DNA of 64,000 nucleotides, taken from contig NC_089431.1 in NCBI RefSeq assembly GCF_026210795.1, positions 5,146,001 to 5,210,000 on the forward strand, written 5' to 3'. A program made the position numbers and the translations under genes. This document shows, one piece after another, positions 1 to 13,912 of the stretch. Position 1 is the stretch's first letter, and each line of letters begins with the position of its first letter. The stretch comes from Rhizophagus irregularis. Taxonomy: Eukaryota. Under the pieces are notes generated by a model. It did not search any database and was not told the origin of the DNA. It saw nothing but the letters and a program-made list of their open reading frames with translations.

Positions 1-383
1 ATTTGAATTCGTATGAAGAAGTCAACTTGTCAGTAAAATTTAATCTATTAATCCGTCTTGAGATTAATTCAGCATATTTGAGATGTAATAATTTTTTAAT
101 CAACATTTCTTAATTTAATTTCATTGGTTATATGAGATTTTTGGTTTATTGATTGGTTTACCAATTTATTTAATTGCAGCAAGTTATACAGAGTAAGCAC
201 ACATAATACAAACTATTATTACAAACTTTGTGTTACATATTATACTATTTCTCCTTACTAAGCCACATCAGAAAAGCGCGGGTGGGTATTAACAAAAAAT
301 AATACAATAATTGTGAATACAATAATTATAAAGCATAAAAAAAAAAATTATTTTGTTTTCACATTATCTAAGCATTGCCATTC

Positions 384-1707
384 TTAAAACCAGTAGTCAT
401 CTACATTTCTCTTCTTTTGCTTTCTTCTTCGTTCTTCTACTCTTCGAAACGCTTCATCTGTATCTATTGGTTTAGCTTCGCCAAATGGATTTGGTTTGGA
501 TGGTCGGGAAGCAACATTTTCATTTGGAGCAGCTGAACTTCTTGGTTTAAGCTCAAGTTTTTTTCGCATTGGTAGAGAAGTATAAGTATTAGTTGTTAAT
601 GTACGAATATTATTAGAGTTTTCAGCTTTCGATTCTGATGATGGACGGATATCATATTTTCGCATTGAATTGTGATGATTATCATATCTTTCCTCAGACC
701 TACGATCACGAAAATTTCTCCACTTTGTATCATCTTTATCTTCAACCTTATCATTTCTTCCACGATCATTTCGTTCAACGCCACGACTTTCAGGATTCGA
801 AAGAGTTAAAAAAGTTTCCAATAAATATGCACATAATCCTTCGGGAAGAATTTCTCTATAAGGAAATACTTTGTCAACAAATTCTTTAGAAGTTAAGTCG
901 TAAAGTCTTATAAAAGGAATACATTGTTTTAATGTATTCTTTAAAGTATTAAGATCATCATTTGAAAAGTTTGCGATTTCAGAAGGAAGTTCAGGATTTT
1001 GAGCAAAACCCCATTTAAGTACATTTTCCCAAATATGAACTTCGCTAGTTTTAAGATTATCATTTTGTACAATTGAAATCAAAAGATTTTCCGGAATTGA
1101 AGTGAAATCAGGAGATTTAAAAATCTTATCCGGTTCTTCAGTTATTAACCCAGTACAATAATTTTGAAGTTCAGAGAATGAATTATTTTCAAAACTTGTT
1201 TTATAAACGAAATTAAAATTTTCCTCCATCCAAGTTTTTTTATTTTTAATCAAAAAGGATTGTAAATAAATGACTAATTCTTGAAGATTAAGTTCATTAG
1301 CAGCAACCAAGACCTTAATTATATCTGAATTATCATAATCATTTAAAGAAATCTTTCCGCCATAAATATATCTAAAGTAAAAAAAAAATTGTGAAAATTA
1401 GAATTATTACAATTTAGTTTTTTTTTTGTTAATATTTGATCCTTTATTACCTTAAAATGATTTCAAAAATTTCAGGAGAAATATTTGATAATTTGATATG
1501 TGACAAAGTCTCATCATCTTTCTTTTTATTAGTTGATAAAATTCTTCGTAAATAAGGAGAACGATAATATAAAATGACCATATGCGCACGAAAGACCCTT
1601 ACATAAGGGTCAGTACCAACTTCAATGGTTATATCATAATATTCATCATCATTTAAAATTTCAAGTAAATTTTGTGATAAATTTGGTAAAAGTTTATTTT
1701 CATTCAT
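384..1707 (-). CDS. BTB/POZ-BACK protein with eIF4B-like C-terminal tail (no TLDc); exons 1707-1451 and 1371-384
   Basis: ORF 1447-1707 (YYDITIEVG..FRAHMVIL..RSPYLRRIL) joins ORF 384-1310 across a GT-AG intron (1450-1372), giving ILR-YIYGGKISL. BACK motif IWENVLKWG is present. The tail is hydrophilic and contains RKKLELKPRS...KPNPFGEAKPIDT. Confidence 0.85.
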
Positions 1708-3723
1708 TTTTATAAAATAGTTAACGGAAAGGAAAGAAATGAGAAAAAAGAGTCAACTTAAATTTGTAAATGATTAGCCTTATATATATTCATTTTATAC
1801 GTCATTATTTTATTTTAATTTTGCACCGCATATGTTGTAATAAGCTAATGTGTCCGTATTTGGCAGTATTGCCATCGATCGCTTATTTTGTATCACTAAA
1901 AAGAAAATAATAAGATTTAACAATTGAGCAGAATTTAACATTATATTATAATGTCTTCCTATAAAATTATTAAGACTTTGCTTTATATAATTTGCAACAT
2001 TTAAATTGAGGGTAAAATTTGGCATTCGAACAGTATAACGAAACTTCATTTTATTTACGCAAGAATTGGATGAATGATTCGCTGATCAAGTGACATAAAA
2101 TGAATTAATGTGGCAAATTTTGCCGATCACTAAGAAAAATTAGCCATCAGGTAACTTTTTAACATTATTTGTACTGTAATTATATATTTAATATATCATC
2201 AATTTATTATATTTTAATCGATAAGTGTCAGACATTTCATAATTATATAATCATTCTTTTTTTTTCATCGAATATTACATATTCATATTTTTTTTATGAT
2301 GATTCTATTTTAATGAAAATATAATAAAATGAGATAATATTTATTCATACGATAAGCAATTAAGCAATGGCATTATTTTAAATGTATCAATTTATTCTGT
2401 TGTTTTAAAAAAAAAATATGTAATTATATTTTATTATACTTTTATTATATTGTTCAAGTAATTTCAAGTAACAGCTAAAAAATGATACACTAAATTATGA
2501 CGTAGACTATTATACTATGATTTTACTTAAATTTATTAAAACATAAAAATTTATTTTCTGAATATTATATTAAATAAACTTTGATTAGCTAAGCTTTTGC
2601 AATAATAAACTATGATATCATAATTAACGAACGTCTTGATATGAAATAATTATTAATAGGAATAATAAAATGGTTTTTTTAAACCAATATATGTGCTACC
2701 AACAACAATTACACTTAATATTAACATTAAACGATAATACAGAATCTAATAATAAAAATTATATAAATTATATTATATACTTAAAAAAGTATATTTTTTA
2801 TATAATATTTAATTTTTCTTACGTCATGATTATGAGTTTATGACGACTCCCCGTTTTTGGTGATCAATGTCTTTATGTTTACTTTCCTGCGTGAAAATTC
2901 TATAATTGTGATCATAGTATTAAGTATTAACACTTTAAACATACTTACGGGTCATTCGGAAGTGACTCTAAAATATTGGTTAAAGATTTATAACAAAAAT
3001 AATGAATAATAGAAATATTGTACAATTTTCTCGGAATGAATTTTTTTTTTTCAATGCAATCTTTTATTTTATTATTATAGTCTTATTTTACTGCGGAAAA
3101 AAATAGGATATCTTCATTACTATACAGTTGTTGTTGAATTATTGAGTTGTTTAAGATTTAAGGGAAATAAAGCAACAGTAGAATATTATACTTATAATAC
3201 TTACTATAACGCATATTTACATATTTCAAATTTTCTTAAATTGCATAATTAAAAATTTCTTTTGAAAATCAAGAAATTTATATTAATACAAGTTCAAAGT
3301 TTACAACTTAATGATTTCAACTTTGTTTTGGGATTATAATACAATGCCATTATATAAAGCACTGTATATTAATACGATAAATTCTTTCCTTTAAAATAAA
3401 GTAAATCTTTCATTATTAATTAAAGTCAACGCTAAATTTCAGAAGGAATATATTAAATATTAGATCATTAATAAGAATATATGAAGTTATTTATTATTCA
3501 AAACATTATACATTAGATAATATACAAAATGTCAATATGTTAGATTATCTAAATAGTTATTTCAAAATTGAGTTTGATGCTAAAATAAAATTTGAAGTAA
3601 TACTTGTATTTATAAAGTAAAAACGTATACGCAAAATGAAATCTTTAGATAATTATATAAAATAACTTTATAGATAACGTCCACTATTTATAATGAATAA
3701 AATTAATAATTTAAAAAATAAGC

Positions 3724-5721
3724 TTAAAAGCTAATATCAAAATCATTTTCTACGGTAATATATTCTATACATGAATTAAAAAATTAAGTCAGAATTTAAC
3801 AATATATCTACTGCAAATATAACAATGGTATAAATTTACTTACCATTACTAATATTTATATCGATATCTAATTCTAATTCATTTGTAATATAATCTAAGA
3901 AATCAAAATAAATTTCAATCACCATAAATTATGCAATTAATAAATTGTTAAAATAAGAAATTCTGTTACCATTATTTTCATTTTCGACCAATTAATTTCT
4001 TTTAGTACTACAGTCTAAATATATTTTAAGTTAATACAATATTATTATTTTTAAATCTTATCGGTTATTAGATTACTACTTTAATTTATATCATACCATT
4101 ATCTTTTTTGTCTTCAGTTAAATCATTTTCATATTTTCTTTTACCTTCAAAAGAAATAATATACAGTTATTAATATTTACATAAACTAAAAAAAATAAAT
4201 TATAATTAATTTTACCAGTAGGTCCCATGTTATTTTTCTGATAATAGTTAAATAGTTCTAAATAAAATCAAGGTAAATACTGTGTATTTCATATTTGAAC
4301 AAAACCTTATATTTATTTTACCTAAATTAATAGATTGACTTCTTGAACTTCTTAAAGATATTGCAGATTGAATCATGCCGCTTAAATTTCTGCTCTTGTA
4401 AATTGCATTTGGATTATTTGTTACAGGTCCAATATCTGATGATTTTACAATTTCGGTTGGGTTTTTATTATCGCAATTTTTCGATTCCTCCTTATATATT
4501 TTATCAATTTTGTCATATATATCAGTAGCATGTGGCCTTTTTTCTGGATCGGAATGCCAGCATTCTTCCATTAGTTCAATATAGCCGTTAGGTGCATTTG
4601 TTACAATTGGTGGTCGTAAACCATCACAAATATTAATAATAAGTTCTGTATCATGACTTCGGTTCCAAAAAGGTCTTCTACCTGTCATTAGTTCCCACAT
4701 AATCATTCCAAAACTATATATATCTGAAGCTTTAGTATATTTTCGTCCTCGAAAAATCTCTGGAGCCATATAAGGAATAATTCCATAATTTTCATAACAT
4801 GAAGAATCAGTTGCAGATTTACTTATACCCAAATCACCTATTGTTATTTCTTCAATAAAAAATATATCTTCTTTACCAAAAAATATATTTCCACTGTGGA
4901 AATCCCTATGGATAATATCTACGTCATGTATACTGGCAAGTCCTTGTATTATTTTTTTCAAGTTCTCTAACTTTTCATACCAACCAACATTATGAAAACA
5001 ATTAGCTATGTGGCTAATCAAATCACCTGAGTCATAATATGGCATGATAATAATAATTTCTTGAGAATTAGGATCTTGAGTAATTCCAAAATATTTACAT
5101 ACATAACTATTAAAATTAGAATACTTTTCATAATTATTTTTCCGTTTTGAAGAATAACCATAAAATATCTTGAGCTAGAATTTAAAAACGATTAGTAATT
5201 AATTATTTATTTTAAATTAGGATTAGTTTATTTAATGAAATATTTACCTCATTCAACTCCTTAGATGTGATGTTATTAGAATTATTAAGTTTTTTGAGGA
5301 CAACTGTATAATTACTCTTACGAATGCTATTTTTATAATTCCAACCAATAACTGGACCATTAATCCAAGTGGCTTTATAAACTTTACTAAATCCTCCTTC
5401 AGCAATAAAAACTATGTCTTTGAATTGATCATAAGGAACAAATTCCATTTTTCCTGCATTTTTAACTAGACTAATTTGAGTATTTCTGATAAAATTATCA
5501 ATAACTTCGTTTCCACTTTTTTTCACCTCATATGACATTACTTTGTAACAAACGTGACAAATCTTAGGACTTTTTTCTGCAGGTTTTCTTCTTTTATTGC
5601 ATTCGTCACATTTTCTCTTTTTGTATTTTGATTTAACAATGGTTTGTGTAGGTTGAATTAAAGACGTATCGTTTGACAATATAAAATCAATTTTACAGTC
5701 ATAGTCTGTTATTTGTTTCAT
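3724..5721 (-). CDS. Tyrosine-kinase-like (TKL) protein kinase, multi-exon
   Basis: Exon 5721-5248 has two CxxC pairs, IAEGGFSKVYKA and VVLKKL. Exon 5174-4322 has IIHRDFHSGN, DLG, YMAPE and SDIYSFG. Several ~45-50 nt GT-AG micro-exons follow, ending ...ENDFDISF* (stop 3726-3724). The 3' exons are less certain. Confidence 0.85.
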
Positions 5722-7642
5722 GTTTTTTTAAAGGAAAAATTAGTCTTTTAGTTTGTTAAGAAAACTATCATATATATGCTTTTTTTAAAAAATGATCTTG
5801 CTAAACAAGGAATTCTTCTTTCGAATTCTATAATTCTATACGTGATTTCTAAGAAGTTTCTAATGGTAATGTGATTTTCTAAGAAATCTTCCATAGAATG
5901 CAAAGAATTATTTAGTCTTACTGACATTAACATTCTTAGAAGCTTCCAATGACTTAATTTGGAATTAGAAGTAGTGTTGGTATTTGGAAGAATCAGAGCT
6001 TCCAACCTTCCAATGAATATCATTGTCTTATGTGATGCCGCATGTAACACACAGTTAATCATAGATCCGGTTTACATCTCAATTAGTAAGTATTTAAATT
6101 TTGTACATCCTTTCTTAAAATTAAAAAATTAATAAAAAAAACAACGAAAAAAGATCATTTATACTTGACCATTTTTGGAAATTGATAAATTAACAGTTGG
6201 ATTATTTATATCTTTTTTCATTGGCAGTATGATAAATTCATCATGGATTTTGTCATCGCAATTTTTAGAATTTTACCGGAAATAATGAATTTGAGATATA
6301 TTTTATTTGTTAATTTTATACTTAAATATTGCATTTTCGTATTGTATTTTTCACAAATAAAGAAATTAGGTTTCTTATCTTTATTTAAAATTAAAACATG
6401 TGACCATAGTTTCAAGTTTTAGTTTGTAAGAATAGTTGGTAATAATTTTAACCAGTTACCGGATTAATAAACAAGGTTAACCTTTTGAAAAAATAATGTT
6501 TGAAACAAAGTCTTAACTTTTATTTAAAAATTATAAAAGTTGAAAGTAAACTTATTATCAATTAATATATGACTTTATAGGACCATCATGTACATGTAAT
6601 ACTAATATTTAGGACATCATGCTCATTATACAATGATTGAATTTATTATAATTGCGATAATTGCGTACAGTATAAAAATCATATATTTAATTTTATTATT
6701 GAGACACAAGATTTTATGTAAATTAATATTATATTAATCTGATATTAACTTATGAAAAGTATGAAAAGTATAATCTGGAAGAGTTATGGCAACCATATCT
6801 ACCTGAAAATCTTTGTTTTTAAAAAGGGGAAAATCAGAGAAATCAGGTGATTTCTGACGCAATGATCTGCATCTGACACACTGTAATGCCATAACTTAGT
6901 AAGTTTATTAATTGTGAGGCGCAGTATTATAGTATATAAATTTTTAGTGATTTAAAATTGTATGACGTTATAAATGTAACGTCCGACATGACGTAAAACT
7001 ATAGGTCAGATGATTATGACAATAAGTTCAATAAGTTATATTTGGAAAATTTAAAATTAGAACATTTATATTTTTGAAAAAGAAAGGTTTCGTAAAGATA
7101 ATGTTTTTGTAAACTAAAAAACATTTTATTTAAATTAGGAAATTTAAAATAGTGTTCGTTGTGAGTAAAAAGCTGAAAAGTCAAAATCCAATGAGTTTGG
7201 AATTTAATTTTGAAAATTTGCTTCTTTGAGAAAGGATCTGAAAAGCAATAAAAAGGGGTAAATTTTAAAAAGGAGGAGGTTACGAATTTTTGGAGAATAT
7301 TTTTTTTTTTTTTTTGATATATTTAGTCATATTAAACCAAGCATATTATTGTATTTATTCATTTTTTAAATGAAGTATTATTTTTGTTAAGACTAAGGTG
7401 GCAACGTGATTTACCACGGGATTAGTTCTCCTTTTAAAATTGAAAATGATCGACACGAATGTTAATAAAATTTATCAAGTTATACAATGATTACAATCAC
7501 CAATGATTGATCAGCAATAAATTAGTATTATTTTTGTTCCCATTTATAAAGTATCAGACCAAAATTTTTCCCACCATTGCAATTTTTTTTTTAAAATTCT
7601 GCTTTCATATATGCATTAATTTTTGGTTGAAAAAAATTCTCA

Positions 7643-10600
7643 ATGGATTCTTTTAATTCTTTTATCAAAAGTGTTAAAGAGCTGATTAAGTCATGTGATT
7701 GTGATTATGAATGTAATGCAAAGCGGTTTAAACAAAATTTCAAAAATTGGACTAGTGAAAATTATTATCTTGATAAGTTTATTCAAGATACTCAGCTATC
7801 AGATCATAATTATAATTTTAGGCCTCAAGCATTAGAATGGATAACTTATGATAGACTTTATAATATTAAATATACCGGTCATCGTAAATACGGAGAAAAT
7901 TGGGTTGATGCGTACAGAGCAAATTGGATTGATGGATGTATATATAGATGGGATAATAATAGTCAAAATTGGGAAAGAAATGATCAAAATTTGTTTGTAA
8001 CTCTGGTAATTCCGAAAATTTTAATCCCGTCAAGAATTATGGAATCTATAAGTGAGGTACAATAAATTTATCAAAAGTTTCATTTTTTTGTGAATTAAAA
8101 TATAAATTAATCGCATTGTACTGTGTCATTTTGTAAAAAAAAATTGTTATTTGTTTTTAAAAAAAAATATGGTTAAGAATTTTATTTTACTAATATTTCT
8201 AACTTTAACATATTATAGATTGCAGTATCTCATAAAGTTTATGGAATAACTCAAAATCCAGAAACCAAGGATTATGTGATAATTTTGGATAATGATATAT
8301 GTTTAGAATGTGAATATACCTGTAATGCAATACATTTTCGGCGAAATTTTGAAAATTGGACTAGTGGTAATAATGATATTGATGAATTTGTTAAAAATAC
8401 TCAACTATCAGTTCATAAAGTTAATGAAACATCATATGCGATAGAATGGATACCTTATGATAGACTTTATGACATATATAATGAAGAGTTTGGCAAAATG
8501 CGCAGAGGAAATTGGATTGATGGACATATAAGTATTAGTGAGAATAGTTCATCTAAATTGAGTGATAATTGGGATAACAACAATCAAAATTGGAAAAGAG
8601 AAAATCAAAATATGTTTGTAATTCTAAAAATTTTAAATAATCCAGCAAGTATTACATTAGAACTTATAAATAAGGTATGATAAATTTGTCAAAACTTTTA
8701 TTTTTTTTGTGAATTATAATATAAATTAATTACATTATACTGTGCCATTTTATGAAAAAAATTGCCAATCGTTTAAAAACAAATAGTTGTCATATTAATA
8801 TTTCTAATTTTAATATATTATAGATCGCGGTACCTTTTAAAGCTTATGGAATAACTCAAAATCCAAAATCCAAAAACTATATGGTAGTTTTGGGTTGTAT
8901 ATGTAATTATACATGTAATGCAACACATTTTCACCGAAATTTCAAAAATTGGACTAGTGGTAATAGTGATATTGATGAATTTATTCAAAATAATCAGCGA
9001 TCAGTTCATAAGAATAATGATATCTTACAATATGCAGTAGAATGGATACCGTATGATAGACTTAATAATATTAAATATATTGTAGAAGATGTTGAGTTTG
9101 GCAAATTGTACAAAGCAAATTGGATTGATGGATATATACAGCACTGGAGTGATGTAAATAAAAATTGGAGAAGAGAGGGTCAAAATATGCGTGTATTTCT
9201 GAAAATTTTAAACAATTCAGCAAGTATTACATTAGAATTTATAAATAAGGTAAAAGTTACGTGATCACTAACCGTTTAGTTAAAAATTTACTAATATTCT
9301 TCATTTTTATTATATTGTAGATTGTAGTGCCCAATGAAGTTTATGGAATAACTCAAGATCCAAAAACCAAGAATTATATTGTGGTTTTGAAAGATATACA
9401 TAAAAAATATAATAGTGTGTATAATTCAAAACGTTTTCGACAAAATTTCAAAAATTGGACTAGTGGTAATAGTGATATTGATAAATTTATTCAAGATGTT
9501 CAAAAATCATATATAAATAATGTATTAGAATGGATACCTTATGATAGATTTTATGATATCCAATATATTGCAAAAGGTGGATTTGGAAAAGTATATAGAG
9601 CAAATTGGATTGATGGTTATATAAATGATTGGGATGACTATAATCAAAATTGGGAAAGGAAGGATCAAAACATGGTTGTAGCTCTGAAAAGTTTAAATAA
9701 TTCAAAAAATGTTACATTGGAATTTATGAATGAAGTAAGTTTATTTAACTATCCTTAGTAATATTTTTAAATTTTTAATATTAATACTTATTTATTAATA
9801 TACAGATTACATTACATTACAAAGTAAATTTGCACAAATCTGTTATTAAACTTTATGGAATAACTCAAGATCCAAAAGAAAAAAATTACATTATGGTTTT
9901 GGATTATGCAGAGCATGGAAATTTACGAAATTATTTAGATACTAATTATAATGAATTAAAATGGAATGATAAGATCAATTACTTACATAGCATCGCACAT
10001 GGACTTAAAGTTATTCATGAAAAAAAATTAATTCATCGAGATTTGCATATTGGTAATTTACTAAGGCGCAAAAATCTTACTTGTATAACCGATTTAGGAT
10101 TATGTAAACCTGCAGATTATAATGCATCAAAAAATATAAAAAATAGTGTTTATGGCGTTTTACCTTATATTGCCCCTGAAATTATACGAGGTCAAAATTA
10201 TACCAAAGCTGCAGATATTTATAGTTTTGGTATAATTATGTATGAAGTAATTTCTGGATTACCTCCATATTATGATGTAAGCCATGACATAAGTTTAGCA
10301 AAAAAAATTTGTGAGGGACTTAGACCAAGGTTTAATATTAAAGTACCAAAATTGATTGTACATCTAATTAAAAAATGCTTGGATGCAAATCCATTAAATC
10401 GACCAAATGCAGAAGAAATTAAAAAAACTTTAAGCCAATGGCTTAAAGAATCAAGTGATTTATTGTATGTTAGTGATCTTAGTAATTATACAAAAATGCA
10501 AAAACAAATTAAAGGAGCAGATAAAATAAACAACAGTTCATCAAGTAACAGTAAATCTTCAACAAATTTAGGAGTATCATATAAAGCTCATTCAGAAGCT

Positions 10601-11251
10601 ATTTATACCAGTAGATTACTTAATTATAATAATCTTCCTGAGCCAAAAAATTCTGATGATTATTATGAAGAAAATGATAATATAATTAGCGTGAAATTTT
10701 CAGGTATTTTTTTATTAAAAATAAAAATTTCATGTTTAATTGTAAATAAAACTAATAAGATTTTAATTATTAAATAGAATCCTTACAAATTGATATTTCT
10801 CAATTGAAAAATAATAATTTTCTTGAATTAAAAAATTATAAAAAAAATGACAATATTAACATGGAACCCTCAAGTATGTTTTTTTAAAAATAATAAAATT
10901 AATTATAAATTACAAATTAATACTTTTTTCATTTAAAATTAATAAAAAAATTTTTTTCTGGATCCAGATAATTCTAACTATTCTTACGAAAAAAGTGATA
11001 ATATGATTAATATGAATTCTTCGGGTATTGATTAATAAAAAAAAAATATTCAGATTATTTATTTAAAAAACACTAATTTTTTATCCATTAAATAGAATCA
11101 CTTCAAGTTGATATTTCTCAGTTGAACATTCATCAAGATGGTAACTATTTCTTAAACACAAATAAAAAACAGAGTTATTTATAATATACTTATTTTACCT
11201 GTTCATTTTTTAGAACAAAATAACAAATCTAAAGGCAAAGAAAAAATTTAG
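7643..11251 (+). CDS. TKL protein kinase with four tandem N-terminal FKNWTSGN...EWIPYDR modules, multi-exon
   Basis: ORFs 7643, 8276, 8881 and 9327 each encode one module. ORF 9830-10777 has IHRDLHIGN, DLG and YIAPE; IAKGGFGKVY and VALKSL lie in the fourth module. Short 3' exons end ...KGKEKI* at 11251. Confidence 0.85.
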
Positions 11252-13912
11252 ACCAATTTATAATTATTTGCTATTTAAGTTACTGTAAAATTTATATTTT
11301 TAAGTATTTTTTTTTTTTTCGCCATTATAGTTTAAATTTTTAACTATCATTAATCTTTAGTGGAAAGGAGGCTTTCTTATGATTTAAAAGCAATTGTTTT
11401 TTTCTGTTTTTTTTTCTTTTCAATAATTAGTGAATTGCAGTTTTTGAATAATTTATTAAATATATTGATAAATATAAATTAAAAATAGGAATAATGTTAG
11501 ATAAAATTTCAAATTATATTGGTCTTATTGTTGTTTAATTTGTAATATGTATTTATTCATTTATTATCTTATATTTTTGATTCATATAATAAAACTTTTT
11601 TATTACTAAAAATATATGGACTAAATCGTCCATGATTATAATATTGATAACATTTTTTTAATTCATCACATTAAGATTCATATAAGAGAACTAAATTTAA
11701 TATTTAGATTATCTATTATTCTTTTATATAGTACTGAATTATTTCTATTTAATTCTAACAACTTTTTTAACCTAACCTTTATAATATACCTTAAAATTTT
11801 TATACTTTTGAAAAGTTTACAGATTTTGTTGAAATTGTTAATTAATTAATTTTTTTTTTTGGCGTAGGAAAAAAAATAAATAATGGCAACATCATTTAAA
11901 TTTCTTTCTTTTTTTTGCGAAGATAATTTTTTTCAATAAACTTACTGCAGAAGAAAGTTATAAAATGCCATAATACAAAAAGAGTTTTTTTCGGTTTCAA
12001 TAAAAAGCTAACAAGTAAAGGATCTTAATATTAGATTAAAATACAAATTGCAAAAACATTATATTACTAGTATAATAGAAACGCATTGTCCAAAGTCGAC
12101 AAAAGTGTCTAAAGAGACTTGTAGGCTATTTTATAGGGAAAGTTAGTAAATTTTACATAATTGTTTTTGTAATATCACATGGTAAAGAAACTTGATTTAT
12201 TAAACATCATCAGTCATCACTAGTTAATTATATAAGGAATTCTTTTTTCGAATTTTATTAATTTCTGATAAATTTTAATGGTAATGTAATTTTCTAAGAA
12301 ATCTTTCGTAACATGCAAAGTTTTTTTAGTCCTACCTACTGAAAAATTCTTAGAACCTTCCGACTACTTAATTGGAAGTAGAACTTATAATCTTTCCCAT
12401 AGCGATAATTAAAGCATGATTGCTGCAATATCACATGATATTATTCACATGATAAAAAATCACGAGTAAAAAAGAATTTGACAAAAGAATTTGACAAATA
12501 AAACAAAATTAAAATACAAGATATTTAATTACAACTTAATTATTGCATTATAAGAACAATGCCCACAATCAAATTACTCGAAGAAGAATGTATTAAATGT
12601 GTATTACAAGGACAGTAAGAATGTAAGATCGAAATGTTCAAATCAACGAAGATTTGAATGTGGATGTGGTCTGGAAAGAACGAAAAGATGGAAAGAGAAA
12701 ACAGGCAAAAGAGCTGGGATGACAACTATGGCCAGCAACACGTTGTTGTGGATGTGGTAAACAGATCCACTATAATTATTTCTATTTATGTTCAGATAAA
12801 ATTCATTTTGTATGTTACGAATGTCGAAAAAAGTGACATGATAAAGCAAAATTACCATAGAATTATTTCATGGTAAAGCATTAGAGTATTTTACAAGAAA
12901 AAATTTATAGGAGAAAAAGGATTTTAGAAAAACAAAAAGAAAAACAAACAAAAAGAACGAAGGTACAGTACAATCAAGACAACAAATACAACCTTCATAA
13001 GCTCAAATAGCCAAAAAGGTAAAAATAAGGAAAATAAAAACATAAAAGAACCAGAACCACGATTCGGACATTGTAAGGAATAAATTCATCAATAAAGACA
13101 GGAGAATATGACCGATGTACAATATGTAATATTACATTATATGAGCTGAATATTGGTTCAGTAATAAGAGGACAAAGAAGAGAAGCATTAATATGAATGT
13201 AACTTTCAATACATTATACGATTCAAATATCAAAGAAAAGAATGATACAGAGAACATATTCCAATTTGGGAAGATCTGAAAAGAATGAGAGCAGTAAGAT
13301 CAAAAATAATATAAGAAATTAAAAATCGAGAAGTATTATGGTTAATGCAAAAAATGCACGAGTTAGATTATGTAAGAGAAAATCGGAGATTTAGAGAACA
13401 AAATTATTTGGATATAAAACCATAAAAGAAGCAGATAAAGAAAATATAACGGAAAAATATATTAGAGATAAATTATTGTCAGTTTTGTAATTCAAATTAA
13501 TATCATCAGAATTATTGTTATGAATAATTCTCATATTAAACGAAAACAAGCGAAAGATTTTTAGCTGCAAAACGCTAAAAAATAGAATTGCTTGCAATCG
13601 TATTATCTAATAAATAATCTTTAAATAGTATGTTAAAATGAATATTGTTCATCTACTGGTAGATGACACTAGATGTTATAATAATAAGATCAAATTAATT
13701 GTATATTTATAATTTTATTGACAAAACACGTAAACACTCAAAAAAACTCGGCCAGTAATAAAAACTCAATCATGTAGTTACTAGCGGCAAATTTAGTTTG
13801 CATAGTTATAATTGTTAAAAAATGTAGATTACAAAACATCATTTTTTCTATAATTACGATATTTTCTTGGCTTCCTAAATTCTATTTTTAACTTATTAAC
13901 TGCTATTTTCAC

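Noticed and set aside
596..889. Short alternative-frame and antisense ORFs within coding exons (also 4343, 9487, 14567, 44646)
   Set aside because: Shadows of real genes, with no independent support.
5748..6062. 104-aa ORF upstream of the kinase
   Set aside because: Overlaps a conserved upstream element whose paralog at ~22050-22350 does not keep the ORF.
12540..13600. Possible decayed non-LTR retroelement (purine-skewed, Cys/Trp remnants)
   Set aside because: No reverse-transcriptase or RNase H motif could be read; too degenerate to support.
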